Shown piece after piece: positions 24,975 to 38,008 of a stretch of 64,000 nt of DNA. Position numbers and translations under genes: made by a program. The stretch covers positions 1 through 64,000 of the forward strand of contig CAJFCJ010000023.1 of the NCBI GenBank assembly GCA_904063045.1. The letters are read 5' to 3'. The notes below the pieces were generated by a model. It did no database searches. It was not told the DNA's origin and was given only the letters and a program-made list of their open reading frames with translations. The stretch's first letter is position 1; each line of letters starts with the position of its first letter. This DNA is from Dimorphilus gyrociliatus. Lineage: Eukaryota > Animalia > Annelida.

Positions 24975-25829
24975 AGATTTATGTTTAAAACTACAATATT
25001 TTTCATTTACTTTCATTTGAAGAGCAAAGATATAACAAAACAAAATGAACAAAAAACGACGCCTTCATTCAACAGGCTGATAAACTATTCAAACTTATAA
25101 AGTATTTTTAAACAATTCTAGAGTAGTCTTTTTCTAATAGACAACAAAGAGGTTATTACCTCTTTAAACAACTAGTAAATATTTACTGTATAAGGAATAG
25201 TTAACGTTTTTACATATAATACAAAATTATTGTTCAAACTAACATATACTGGAAATTGGAAATATATTGAAATGATACTTGTAATAGAAATACTAACTTA
25301 TCAATTTAAAGGTATCATTGAAAATGATCAATAGTAAAATTTATGACATTTACATCATTAAAAACCAATATAGTAATTCAATTATTTAAAAGTTTCCTTT
25401 TCTATAACCTAACTAAAAATGAAATAATTCGTATCTTTTTAAAGTTTCCCTATTGAAAGAAGGGGAGATGAGAGGAGAAAGGGGAGCGGGAGAGATGAAT
25501 GCATACTCTTTGATGATAAATCCTTTATTTTAAGTGAAATAATTAATTATTTCCTATTATTTATTTAATAAAAGGATCATGCATTTTTTATGAATCTTTG
25601 TAGAAAGTAAATTCATTGAATCACTTAAGCCATTAAAAACATCTTTTTTTTTCTCACAGTCAAACAAAGCTGATTAAATTATTTATAAAAGCTAATGGCT
25701 CGCTCTAGGGGAATATACTGTATAATCGTTAGGAAATGAACTAGTCATCTGAATGACGCAGTAGGTACAACAAATATCTTGTTATAGGTTAATAATAAAT
25801 TCTTTCGTTCATCCGCTTTGTGGACTGAT

Positions 25830-27588
25830 ATGAGCCGCTTCTTTACCAAAGTGAGACCACTAAATAACACCTCTCTCGAAGAGTCTCTGGAAGATGTTAA
25901 ACATGAAACGGAACAGTCTACAGAAAAAAGTAAAAGTTTAACCTATTTTTTGACTTTTCGTCTTGGTCTACTTCTCCAGGATATTAGTATCATTGGAATA
26001 AAATATACTGCAAATCATGGTATATCGTTTATAAGAAGATTACTATGGACTGTACTTATTCTATTTGGTTTTGGATTTATGATTTATCAACTTCAAGATA
26101 GATTCTCCTATTTCTTTAAATACGAAACAACTTCTCGGGCAAAATATACTTATAACAAAATGCTAAGGTTTCCAACCATAACAATATGCAACGAAAATAG
26201 ATTTTTCTATTCAAAAGCAAAGAGTGGAGGTATAATCTAACCAATCATCTAAGGAAGATTAACCTTATATTTTTATACTAAAACTAGGTCAAATGGTTAT
26301 TGACAGTCTATTAGCAGTTTTTCCGGCTCTCCCTGCCTTTAGAAAGAAAGTAGTAATAACTGAAGAAAATAAATTTCTTACAAATGATACGTTTTTTGAT
26401 TGGGGTGAAAAGTATAGGCTATTAGGACAATATCCAGAAGAAGCCATTCTTTATGTAATTAATTTTGCTGTAATTTCAAATAAACGACTCTCTTTTCTTT
26501 TCTTTTAATTTTTGCAGTGTAGTTTTAGGCAGCAAATGTGCAGTTCGAAAAATTTTACACACGTTGACACAAATATGGGCGGATGTTTTCAGTTCAACTC
26601 CGGTTAGTTGACTAGGACATTTCTCTTTAGATTCAAAAACAAATAGTTTGTCATTTTCTCGCCTAGAAGCCCATGAAGAAGTAACAAGATCTACTGGAGC
26701 TGCAAATGGATTAACAGTTTTTTTGAATATTAGTCAAGAGGATTATTTTATAGCAAATTCAATGTCGGCGGGATTTCGAGTTTGTACTTTTGAGTGTTAT
26801 GCTTCTTATGCTTTCTCTATTGGAAGATTGATATTTATATATTTTCAAATATGTAGGTAATGATTCACGACCCAAAAGATAATCCTGAAATGTTTGAAAA
26901 TGGTATAAAGATATCGTTTGGTTCAGAATACATTATTTCAGCAACATTATCTCAAACAAGATTACTTGATAAACCCTACGGAAAATGCATTACAGATGCT
27001 AATTACCGACAAAGTCGGTGTTTAAGCATTTGTTATTCTGATTATATTGCAAGAAAGTGTAAATGTAGACTACCAGATATGACAAGTGAGATAGAATTTT
27101 TATTAAAACATTCATATTTCAATATAGGTAATATAAATATCTCATCTCTCTTCCCTATAGCAACAAACGCAACGCCTGTTTGTGCACCATTTAGTCTAAT
27201 CTGTGTTCAGGAAGAAGTTCAACTTTACTTCAAGAATGAAGAATTTACTAAATGCCGCTGTGATAGTCAGTGTCTTATTACTCGATATCACACAGCTACC
27301 TCAGCATCGGGTTTTGGTCATCACTATATACAAACTATCGAAAAATCAAATATCTCAAAGCAGCATATCATGCAAAATTATGTTGCGTTAAACATTTTCT
27401 TCTCATCAATGGTTTCGGAGGAAATAGAAGAAAAAGCAGCCTATACATGGTTAGCCCTTTTGTCAGACGTTGGAGGAGCTTTTGGTTTAATATTAGGTTC
27501 AACCGTCTTAACACTCGTCGAATTTTTTGATTTTTTTTGCGTAACAATCGCCGATCTTATTGGAATGAGATATATTAAAAAAAAGTAA
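25830..27588 (+). CDS. DEG/ENaC (ASIC/FaNaC-like) ion channel subunit A, 6 exons
   Basis: TM1 RRLLWTVLILFGFGFMIYQL; FPTITICNEN; GCFQFNS; GLTVFLNI; KPYGKC; cysteine-rich thumb; TM2 LALLSDVGGAFGLILGSTVLTLVEFFDF. Confidence 0.92.
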
Positions 27589-29067
27589 GTAAAAATTCAA
27601 ACAAAATTCCCAATACTATATTTATTGAATCAACAGAATCAAAAAGAAGCAGATGAGCATTGATACAAACACATGAATAACATTCGTCATGCTTGAACAG
27701 TTTATTTAAATATATTTAACTAATTTATTTTAGACAGTAAAATGAAAATTCAAATTTATTAGAATAATGTTATTTATAGATTCGAGTAGGCTATAATTTT
27801 ATTGAACTAACTAAATATTTACGATTCTTTGTTACTGTCTAAAATAATTTACTGTTTTCCTTTTCAGTTGAAAATAATTAACTAATCAACTAATAAAAGA
27901 GTCTTTTTACTCGATCAATGTTGAGCAAGCTGTTCCAATTGTTAAGACAAATGAACATCCCATGCTTAATTTTAACAGTCAACCGCAAAAATAATGGGAA
28001 ACGACCATTTAGCTACACTCTTCTCTCTATAGCTGATAAGCGGATCTATTATTTAGGTTTTAGACAATTTAGTTAAACCTTTTGTAGGACTATTCAAAAA
28101 TATTATACTACTAATATTTGCGTATGTCAATAGAACAGTTTGTACAGCGAGCGTAATAGTACTTTTATCATTACTTGACGAGCAATTGTCTCAGTAATAA
28201 GATGAAAAATATATCTAAATACTGTATTGGACACTTTTTTAGATTACTTATGTTTCACAGCAAAATCCAAATATTAGCGTTTATTAGCTGAAGAGTTGGC
28301 TATGCAGTTATTTAAACAAATATTTTGTATGATTATTTTAATTATCTTTGCAGTTTCCATGTGATTGTGGTGAATTCCGTTGAATACAATACTGTATTAC
28401 AATTAAGTTAGCCGATACTTGGGTATTCGATTACAAAAGAGAAAATCATTTTAACCCTTTTCTTCTTTTTACTAGCTCAATTGAGTATTTAAATCATTGA
28501 ATTACAAGTATTTTACTAGATTTAACATATCCATAAACTTTCTGCATTCCTTTTTGTTGTCCAATAAATATAATGTTAATAACAACGCCATCTATACTTT
28601 ACTTTATGGTATTTCGTGACTTAAAAAGGCTTATTTTTAGATTTCTTCTACGTGCAAAGCAAGGTTAATATGATTCATTATCATTTCCAAAACAAATAGA
28701 ATAAATTCAAGTATATTCATGAATAAATGAAAAATGAAGTCCATGTGAATAGTGTTTATAGTAATTAAAAGTTTCATACGTAGATAGGAAAAATACCATT
28801 TAGTCTTAACATTTAAATTATTCACTTATCTTATCATACATTTGTAAATGTTTGTTTGCATTCAATATTTTATCAAAAACAAAACTATTTAAAGTTGGGA
28901 AACAATAAAAGAGAGGAGAGGGAGAGAGTTTTTGACTCTTTTAAATTATTAAATGTTCATTTTTTTGATTTATAATTTGTGACAAAAGTGTTTCAGTGCT
29001 TTTTTATATTACATCAAGTTTTTATAGATAAAATTTCAAGTTCAAGTGCTATTTCATAAATTTAATG

Positions 29068-30830
29068 TCATGCAGATCTTGCTTGTTTTTCGTGAGCTTT
29101 TACAGTGCAGTATTCAAAAGTTGAAACTACTAAGAAGTCTATTAACTCAACTAAAGTCAGGAAAGTTGCCCCCAGTATTAAACCAAATGCTCCTCCAACG
29201 TCCGACATGAGTGCCAACCACGAATAGGCGGCGCTCTCTGTTACTTCTTCGCTAATCATTGATGAAAAATAGATGCTTACTATGACAATGTTTTTGTCGA
29301 CTTCAGCAGCTGTTAAAGATGGCTGATCTTTATTTATTACTTGAAGATAGTAATCACTAATTGGTGATCCTGATATAGACGATTGATAGGTAATAATATC
29401 ACACTGAGATGGACAATCGCACTTTCTGAATTCTTGATTTTTGAAATAATCTATCAGTTTCTTTCTTGTGCACGGAAAGTTGAGAGGAGCACAAATAGGG
29501 ACCTTATCTTTTGCTGTTCAATTAAAAACATTTTTCCATTCTTGTTGTTAAAAAATGAAATAATTATTGATCTAAATACTTACGTGTCATATCTATATCG
29601 ATACATCCACAATGTTTAGCTACGTAGTTAGAAGAGCAATTATGAAAGCAAGTAGCTTGCCTATAAGTGGCGTCATTATTACAATTTCCGTATGGTTTTG
29701 GTAAGTATTTAGATTCTTTTAAAGTCGCTGAAACGACTGTTTCCATTCCCGGAGCAAGTTTAATACCTCGTTGATATATTTCAGGTACTGTATCTTTTTC
29801 GTGTAAAAGAATCTTTAGAATAAAAAGAGAATATAATTAGAATTTAGTTTTTCTTTGCAGCTTGAAATTATACCAACTCGGAAGCCTGCAGAAGGAGAAT
29901 TAGCGGCCAAGTATTCGTGCTGTTTAGTATCTAGGATCAAGATTAAAGGATCAGCACTTCCCGCTGCTGTAGCATAGTGATTCTGACCCCCTGATTAACA
30001 ATAAAACGGATAAAAATAATAATTTAATGACGATAGATTAAAATTACTAGGATTAAATTGGAAACACCGTCCCATTGTAGTGGAAACATCTATCAAGTAT
30101 GAATCTTTACATAACTCTCCTTTAAATACGCACTAAGAGAAAAAAATAAACAACATTGTAAAATATTTAATAACAATTCTTTTTACTTACAGAACTAATG
30201 ACCTCTTTCTGCGTATGTGACAGGGTTATATAAGCATTTTCCCAATTCATGAGAGAATTATTTGCTAAATCTCTATTATCATCGGTAATTTCGATTGTTT
30301 TTGATTCAAGTGGATCTGGCGACCAAATCAATTTAATCATCTCAACAGTGTACGGATCTATTTGTTTATAAGGCATTTTTATTACTGGTTCACCCTACAA
30401 AATATTATAACTAACCCATTACTTTTGCTTTAGATAGTACTACTCTATTTTCATTACAAATTGTGATAGTAGGAAATCGTATTCTTTCCTTATAGATTAA
30501 TCTTGTTCTAGTCGTCGTGTCAAATTTTAGAAAATACCTTATTCTTTCTTGTAGCTGAAAAAACATAAAGCCAAAACCGAATAATATCAGAGTTAACCAC
30601 ATTAGTCGTCTGAGGGGCGATAAGCCTGAATTAAAGACGTATTTTATTCCAATTATGCTAACTTCTTGCATAAAATTTCCAAGTCTATAGGACCATAGAA
30701 AAGTTGGCTTTTTTTCTTTTTCATCTTGCCAAACCTCTCTTATCATATTGTTTTTTAAATTATTTGTTGTGAGCGGAGCGGATGTTTGAGAAAGTGGTTC
30801 GACGCGAGTTGTTGATACTGAGCCATTCAT
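29068..30830 (-). CDS. DEG/ENaC ion channel subunit B, 6 exons, convergent paralog of subunit A
   Basis: Same motifs: FPTITICNEN, GRCFQFN, KPYGNC, LALMSDVGGAFGLILGATFLTLVELIDF. Intron positions match subunit A. Confidence 0.92.
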
Positions 30831-33383
30831 TTTTTTCTTTTTTTCAACCGAGCTGGACGTCCTCTTCTGTCTGAATGAGTGAATAATTGCTCTTAATACA
30901 AAATATAAAGAATTATTGATTGGTTTTTTTTATTTAGAGTCACTTACCTAAAGGATAGTTTTGCTTAGCAGATCTAAATTCATAGCGACCAAAATCAAAT
31001 AGAAGATTATTCTTATGTCAATCCCATAAGAGCTTAAAGTGTTTCTTTCATTTGTAATGAATTCAAGTGAAATACTGGAAGGCCTAATAAATATGTCCTC
31101 CGAGAAGCTTTTGTATTATGCTATATCGTAACATGTGCATTTTTGTTGGTAAAGCTCTTTTTATCAAGATCTAGCTTGATCCTAGGCTAAAGCAATTAGC
31201 ATAGAATAAAATGATTCAATAGGACAATAATCGAATACAGAAGACTAAAAGAAGTTTTCTTCCCTTTTTCTTAAAATAAAGCAATTTTATAATAAGCTAA
31301 AAATATAAAGAGTTTGTTAACAAGACAATAGATTTTTGATACATTTTTCAAGCAAATTGAATGAAGACTAAACTTTAACTAATAATCAAGTATTCACTAT
31401 TTACACTTGCGAATTGGTATCTTTTCTTATACTATTTGTCTTCTATTCAATATTTATACATCTTATGATATAAACATTTTAAATATGACTTCTAAAGTGG
31501 TTTTTCCACCGATAAATCTAATCATCTTTTAGATACTATTAGCACTTTCGGACAATTGTAATCACATGGTCAATTTTTGATAGTTTTATGAATGGGTTTT
31601 GAAAGCAAGTTTTTACTGGAGTATCTCATTAAAAAATCCCTATTAATTCATTAATAATTAATAAATTAAAACAATGTTACTTTTATTAAAGTACATCCTT
31701 GTATATATATAGAAAACCTTTTAAGTACTTAACTTGAATTAAAATAGAAACAATTATCCCTACTTGTTGGGACAGTTGCATTTCTTGTATTCAATAGTAC
31801 GCCTTTCAGGTGATATATTAATAAAATATTAAGTCTATTTAAACATAAACAAACTTTTAAAAATAGTTTTCTTATGACCTTTTGATAGAAAGAAGCTAGG
31901 TAAACATATAGATATTTTGACAGGAGAAATGTTCATTAAAAAGAATGCATTATTACATGTTATTATATATAAGAAATAACCTGTTCTGAATATCATTATT
32001 TAGACAATAAGATATCTTATATAAAGTAACATGACGTATTATGGTGCCAAAAGATAGCCATATTTAATTTTAACACTTTTTCTCTATCTAAACTAACCAC
32101 AACTTTTTATAGATTTTATTGAAATTTTCTAATTTACAAAGACTTTACGTTACACAATTTAACTTTTTCTGTTATCCAAAAATAGTAGAAAAAGTTTAAA
32201 CATCTTTCTTATCATTATTTATATCAATCTTTTAATAGCTCCTTATGGTTTTCATATACGATTACCTCCGGTTAAATTAGTTTCCATTCAAATTGAAACC
32301 TATTTATGTGATTACATACATTAGAAGGATTTACAATTATTAAAATCTATTCAATTTCTTTCAGATATTTTCACTTTTCTTCTATTTATATTCAATTACA
32401 TTCTAAATCGAATTAATATAAAATGCTTTCAATACGATATAGATAGTAGGTTTTTCTTTAATTTTTATTCAATTTAGTATCAAACTTTAAACGATTTTCT
32501 TGTAAAATGTCCACATGTCTTTTGTTTTTTTTCCTTTAACATTAATATTGTTTTGAATACACAGTTTGTTACACAACTTACATTTACATTGATAGATTAG
32601 TATAGTCTTTAATGAAACTCTTAAATGTTAATTAAATTGAAACTATTAGAATTATAACATTATAACCAAGTCATATAATATGCAGTCTAAGTATTTCCGG
32701 TTAGTTTTTACTTATTTAAATAATTTGCATATGCAGACTATTTGTGACTATTTTTCTTTTTTAGGACAGAGGTTAAAATATGTATGAGAATGATTGCCTC
32801 AGAAATGAATTGATATATTCATATTAAACAATGTTGATTTTATATATTAAATATTCTAGTAATTTTCCATCTTTTATAAGTTTTCTCTTTGGTTTTTAAA
32901 AAATGAAAAGTTTAAGCAATTTAATATTAATAAAGTATACAATTAGATTCTTAAGAAAGAAACAACTTTCATTAACTTTTATAGTATAAAAGTATAAAGG
33001 TATCTTTAAGAAATATAGTTTTTTTTTTCTGCGCCAATTTTTCCAACAGAACTTAAAAAATATACTAATCATACCCCCAGTTCAGATGACGTGACTAGCA
33101 GCCTCTTGTCAAAAATAATCTATTTTTAAATTGAAAACATATGCTTTTTAAGAAACGGAAATGCTTTTATCATTAAAAAAAAAAGTAAACTGTACAATTT
33201 AAAAAAAAAGAAAAAATAAGATAAAGTATCTTTAGAAACGGAAGTCGTGTAGAGAAAAATTTATCAATCAATTCTATTAATACATGAGAAAAAATTAATA
33301 AATTTCAATATTTATCTTTTATATTTTCTTCTTTCAGATAGCTATTTTAGTTGGAGATACACAAATATTTCTCATTTGATCTC

Positions 33384-34933
33384 ATGCCTTCTTCGGAGTC
33401 AAGTAAGTTTCAAGAAACGTATAACTCCTTTCTTTTCTTTCTTTCATTCTTTCTTAACTATTTAAGCATATCATATTTTTGAGGATAATAGAAAATTAGT
33501 TAAATAGAAAGCAAAAGAGGATAATTAACTAATTTTGTTTTATCAATACGAATTGCTCATTTGTTATTTGTCTTTCTTTTCAGTGGAAAACTACGATTCG
33601 TTGACGAATTCTAGAATGAATGAATATACGCCATATTTAAATGGTAACGGTTATCAATCGACATACGGAAAGAGAAAATACGAAGTTTCGTATCAAAAGG
33701 CTCAAGCCTACGAAGAGCACAGCAAAAAATGTTTGTTCTAATTTAATATTAAAGCTTGATTCACTTATAAAAAAGCAAGGCTGCATTCTATCGGTCTCTA
33801 TCGTTCCAGGCTTTAAATGTAACAATCATCCACATCCCCAAATGTACATGAGACGTTCTCACGAAAACTACTCCTCTTTTGGTATTCAGGAATCGAATTC
33901 TCCTAAAAACTCTGGTAAATATACAACATTAGAAATTATTATTACTTATTAAGAAAGCTACATTAATCTTTCACTTTTTTAGAAGAATTAGAGTGCGTCG
34001 TTCATAAGTTTGGCCTTAGCGAAGCGACTAATGAAAGAGTTGGTATTCAAGAGCAAACTCAAGTTGCAGAAAATATCACAAACTCTGAAGATTTATTGGA
34101 AAAAGAGAAAACTTACGATAGTGGCGACTCTTCGTCTGAAGGAAGTATTGTTGGTAAGTAAATTTTTATGAGAATAATTGAAAAAATCCAGATGTTGAGG
34201 TTTTTTTGTTGAAATAATAATCTCAAAATTTCTCATTACCTTCTGTTTATTACCTAATTTTTCCTTATCTTTTGTAAAAGCAGAACATCTAGAGAAAGAG
34301 ATAAAAGAACTAAGAAGAGAAGTTAAAGATTTACAAGTCTATAAGCAAAGATATCAGAATCTTAAAGTCGAAAAAACAACGACAAACAATTCTATTTATA
34401 AAATAGAAAATAAGATTGATAACAGTCTAATTGGAAAATCAATAATGGAAGGAGAACATATGGAAATGCAGCAAAACGAACCACCAGTTCATAAGCATCT
34501 AAAATACGCTAAAAGTATGATAGGAACCGTTATTCTAACAGAATCATATCCTGAAATTGTTATGTTAGAATACGACTTAGCAGTTGCTTCCAAAATCAAA
34601 TCGCCAACAAAAATGATAAGAGCACTCATAAGAGCAGTCTTCACTAGAGAATCTTTAAAAAATTGTTCAGCTAAGGGTGAAAAGAGTACACTTCCGGCCT
34701 TATTCGAAGACGGAAGAAAAGCAGTTTATATGCGCGTTGCAAAATCATTCGATATAACACTTGCTCAATTTAACGCTGAATTGAACAAATTATTAAATGA
34801 AATGCGAAGCGATTTAATGGAATCTCCCAAAAAGAAAAAAGCAAAGAAATTACCTACAGGTTGCTCCCTGAAAAATGATAAAAGTTCAATAAACGAGAGA
34901 AATCTCGATTTTCAATTGGGAGCTGTTTATTGA
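33384..34933 (+). CDS. Coiled-coil plus BEN domain protein (BEND5/Insensitive-like architecture); 5' exons uncertain
   Basis: The last exon encodes the coiled coil HLEKEIKELRREVKDLQVYKQRY, then PTKMIRALIRAVFTRESLKNCSAKGEKSTLPALFEDGRKAVYMRV..FNAELNKLLNEMR, fitting the BEN consensus. It ends in a PKKKKAKK NLS-like motif. Confidence 0.7.
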
Positions 34934-35340
34934 TACAATTTGTATATTATATATACTATATATATATATATATTAATATATACAGTATATATTGTTTACT
35001 GTTTATTTTATCATATGTATAAGTTATTCTTTGCCATTTTATCATTTTATATGCCATAAATAGTAATATATATATATATATATATTGTATGTGCTTGTAC
35101 TGTGTTTTCTTCTTTTCTATTACAACTTTATATTCTTAAACAATAAAGTTTATATATAAAAAATAGAGAATAGTCAAACATATTAATTCACAGGTTATCT
35201 TCTTGACCTACACAAAGATAACGCTATTCTATTCCTACTTTCAGCTACACTACACTGTAAGTTATTGCTAGGCCATTGTATAATCTAGCTACACTTTCTA
35301 ACAATGTGTTTTGCTACCTTTTTATTTTAGATATACCTTA

Positions 35341-37149
35341 ATGGCGTCCTTAGAGAGCTCTGTTTCAGTAAATTCTGAGCAGTTAGTGTGCTCAATTTGC
35401 CTAGAAAGTTGGGTACATAGAACTCCTAGACTTCTACCCTGCGCTCATACGTTTTGCCATAACTGTTTGGAGGATTTAGTAAAAACTGTACGAAACGGAA
35501 AGTTTGATTGTCCTACTTGTCGAAAGAGTACGCAGTTTGCAACGGTGAGCGAATTTCCAGTGAATTTCTACTTTTCTGACTTAAAAGATTATCAAGGAAT
35601 AGTAAGACAAAATAGTGTTAATACTCTTTGCCCTATTCATAATTCCTCGGCATCATTAATATGTGAAACTTGTAATTATGCGGCTGTTTGTCGAGCTTGT
35701 ACAGCTTTACACCCTGGTCACGAATTAAGAGGTTTACAAGAATTCTTGGAAACTGCTAAAATGGATCTATATTCAAAGAAATTAGATTTTGAGAAAGAAA
35801 AGGAAAGATTAATTGTTTTAGCAAGAAAAGAATTGGAAAGGAGAAAAGAGAAGCTAGATAATGATTATAATGATCTTTGTAAACAAATATCCCATCAAAC
35901 TTATAATTTAATTAAACCTTTTGATAAATTATACGAAAGAAATTTTACCTTAGACGACGCCAAAAACTTGTATGACATTACTATGAATTACTTGAGTACC
36001 AAATGGCACAAGTGGATAGATTATGAACAAAATTCATGCGGTATTGTTGAAGTAAAGACAAGAGAAATAAATTGGTTTGTACCAAGTTGTATGGAAAAAA
36101 CTGGTAAGGAAGATGAAAAGGATTTTTCTCTGTCGATTCCCAGACAAACGTCTGCGATTAATCATCAGCAAGGAGTATCTGTTAAAACAATTTTAACGTC
36201 TAGTACTTTAACAAACAGTAAAATACTTCCCAGTACCGAAGTAGATTTCGTTGAAAAGGACAATCAATTATGTATCTCTGAAAACAATAATTTTTATAAT
36301 AGTCCACCAATACGCCAAGAAGAACATCAGAAAAGTTATCTAAAACAAGCTAAAGCAGAAACGAAAAGTTATAAAAGTCAAGAGGTAACGTGCTGCTGCT
36401 GTACGGAAAATATAAGGAATATATCTGCAACAGCGCTAGGTTTATTTGTTCACTACAAAGTAGGAGAACACCGATTTGTTCATTTGCATAACCCAGATAA
36501 CTACAATCTGCTACAGGAAATAAACTTTCCTTATAAGAGTATAAGCTACGACGAGAACAACAAATACTTGTTTGCTTTAGATACCGATGATCAAATATTA
36601 TTTTGTAAATGCCAGTCAAGTACAGAAGAAATGATATTTACGTTTTGGCAATCTATGAATGAATCGTGGAAAAGTATCATTTCAGATCAGAAAAGTTTAC
36701 TTGTCCTACAAAACGACGAAGAATTATATTTATTTGATGTTATGTATGACCAAACTGCACCAGAACTATATGGAAACCAAACAGCTTATGATAATTTTGA
36801 AAAAAGTAGTGGAGTTTGTTTTATTGATAGAAGAACTCTTATATTAGCAGATAAAAAAGAAAATTGTCTTCATCAAATACTAATAGGTCGAGATAAGACA
36901 ATAACAAAATCAAAGCTGGATTATCCTTTAATAAAGCCACTTTCAGTGGCGTATTCACAACGTAACCGAGAGATAATTGTTGGACACGGCATGTTACCAA
37001 AATATAAAATTACTATTATTAATCATATGAACAACTCAGTTGTTCGTGACATACTCCTTAGTTACCAACCGAAACGTTTAGCATATTTTGACGATTTACA
37101 AATGCTATATGTCCTGGGAGGGGACGAGTTACACAGTTATTATCTATAA
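35341..37149 (+). CDS. TRIM-like E3 ligase: RING, B-box, coiled coil, divergent C-terminal beta-propeller (NHL-like)
   Basis: RING CSIC..LLPCAHTFCHNCL..CPTCR; B-box CPIH..CETC..VCRAC..H..H; beta-rich C-terminus (SGVCFIDRRTLILAD, PLSVAY). Single coding exon; ATG at 35341. Confidence 0.85.
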   Translation: MASLESSVSVNSEQLVCSICLESWVHRTPRLLPCAHTFCHNCLEDLVKTVRNGKFDCPTCRKSTQFATVSEFPVNFYFSDLKDYQGIVRQNSVNTLCPIHNSSASLICETCNYAAVCRACTALHPGHELRGLQEFLETAKMDLYSKKLDFEKEKERLIVLARKELERRKEKLDNDYNDLCKQISHQTYNLIKPFDKLYERNFTLDDAKNLYDITMNYLSTKWHKWIDYEQNSCGIVEVKTREINWFVPSCMEKTGKEDEKDFSLSIPRQTSAINHQQGVSVKTILTSSTLTNSKILPSTEVDFVEKDNQLCISENNNFYNSPPIRQEEHQKSYLKQAKAETKSYKSQEVTCCCCTENIRNISATALGLFVHYKVGEHRFVHLHNPDNYNLLQEINFPYKSISYDENNKYLFALDTDDQILFCKCQSSTEEMIFTFWQSMNESWKSIISDQKSLLVLQNDEELYLFDVMYDQTAPELYGNQTAYDNFEKSSGVCFIDRRTLILADKKENCLHQILIGRDKTITKSKLDYPLIKPLSVAYSQRNREIIVGHGMLPKYKITIINHMNNSVVRDILLSYQPKRLAYFDDLQMLYVLGGDELHSYYL

Positions 37150-37871
37150 AAATACAGCTGTAATAAGGTGATATAATATGTTCATATCATGTTACATACT
37201 AATATTTTTGAATATTGACTTATTTCAGCAAAGCAATATTAATATTTTTATTCATTATGATCGTAATACAATTAGATAAAAATCATCTCGACCAATCATG
37301 ACTTCAAAATGCTCATAATGCTACAGTTCACATCTAATTTTTACATAGTCTATACTTCTGACTCTTTTTTTATCAAATTTATAGTTTACCACAATATTCA
37401 TTATAACAGAAAACGACATCAAAGACAGTTAAAAATAGATTTACTTTCAGCTATTGACCTGAAAACTTTTAACAAACGACAGGAAGTTCATTGATAACAT
37501 TAAATGTAACAAAACCTCTTTAAAATCCGAAAATCTGTATATTTATTTGAACAACACTTACAACAACTTACTACAAACGGCTAAAGCTGGTTACAACTAT
37601 GCAAATGTAGGGAAAAATTTATTAATCAACAACTAATTATTTCTATCACTAATTCACAACAAGAGAATTACAACTTGTTTAAGTAAAATACATCAGATTT
37701 AACAATTCTGTTCTTCTGGACAATTCAAACGCTTTTAAAATGGTATACAAAATTTCGCACTGTTCTTGCCATGAACTCTATTTCACGTATACTTCTTCCT
37801 TCCATTCACTTAACATCCGTGAAATTATTCACGTTTACTACATCAAAGTGCATCACAAATACCAAATATAA

Positions 37872-37947
37872 ACTTCCGATCTACTGATAAACAGATGCAC
37901 CTTGTTATTAAACTTATCTTTTTCTCACGATTCATTCATTATATAAA
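37872..37947 (+). promoter_or_regulatory. Protease promoter module: ETS-like (ACTTCCG), GATA (TGATAA), GATA (TTATCT), TATA (TATATAAA)
   Basis: Motifs at 37872, 37885, 37914 and 37940, with ATG at 38009. Retained largely intact upstream of the other similar protease copies. Confidence 0.55.
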
Positions 37948-38008
37948 CGCCATGAAATTCTTCAATTTCATTATTCCACTTTGAATAACAACATCTCAAC
38001 AAACTATC

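Noticed and set aside
28300-28830. Hydrophobic minus-strand ORF between the ENaC genes, a possible GPCR relic
   Set aside because: Many stops in all frames and no diagnostic motif.
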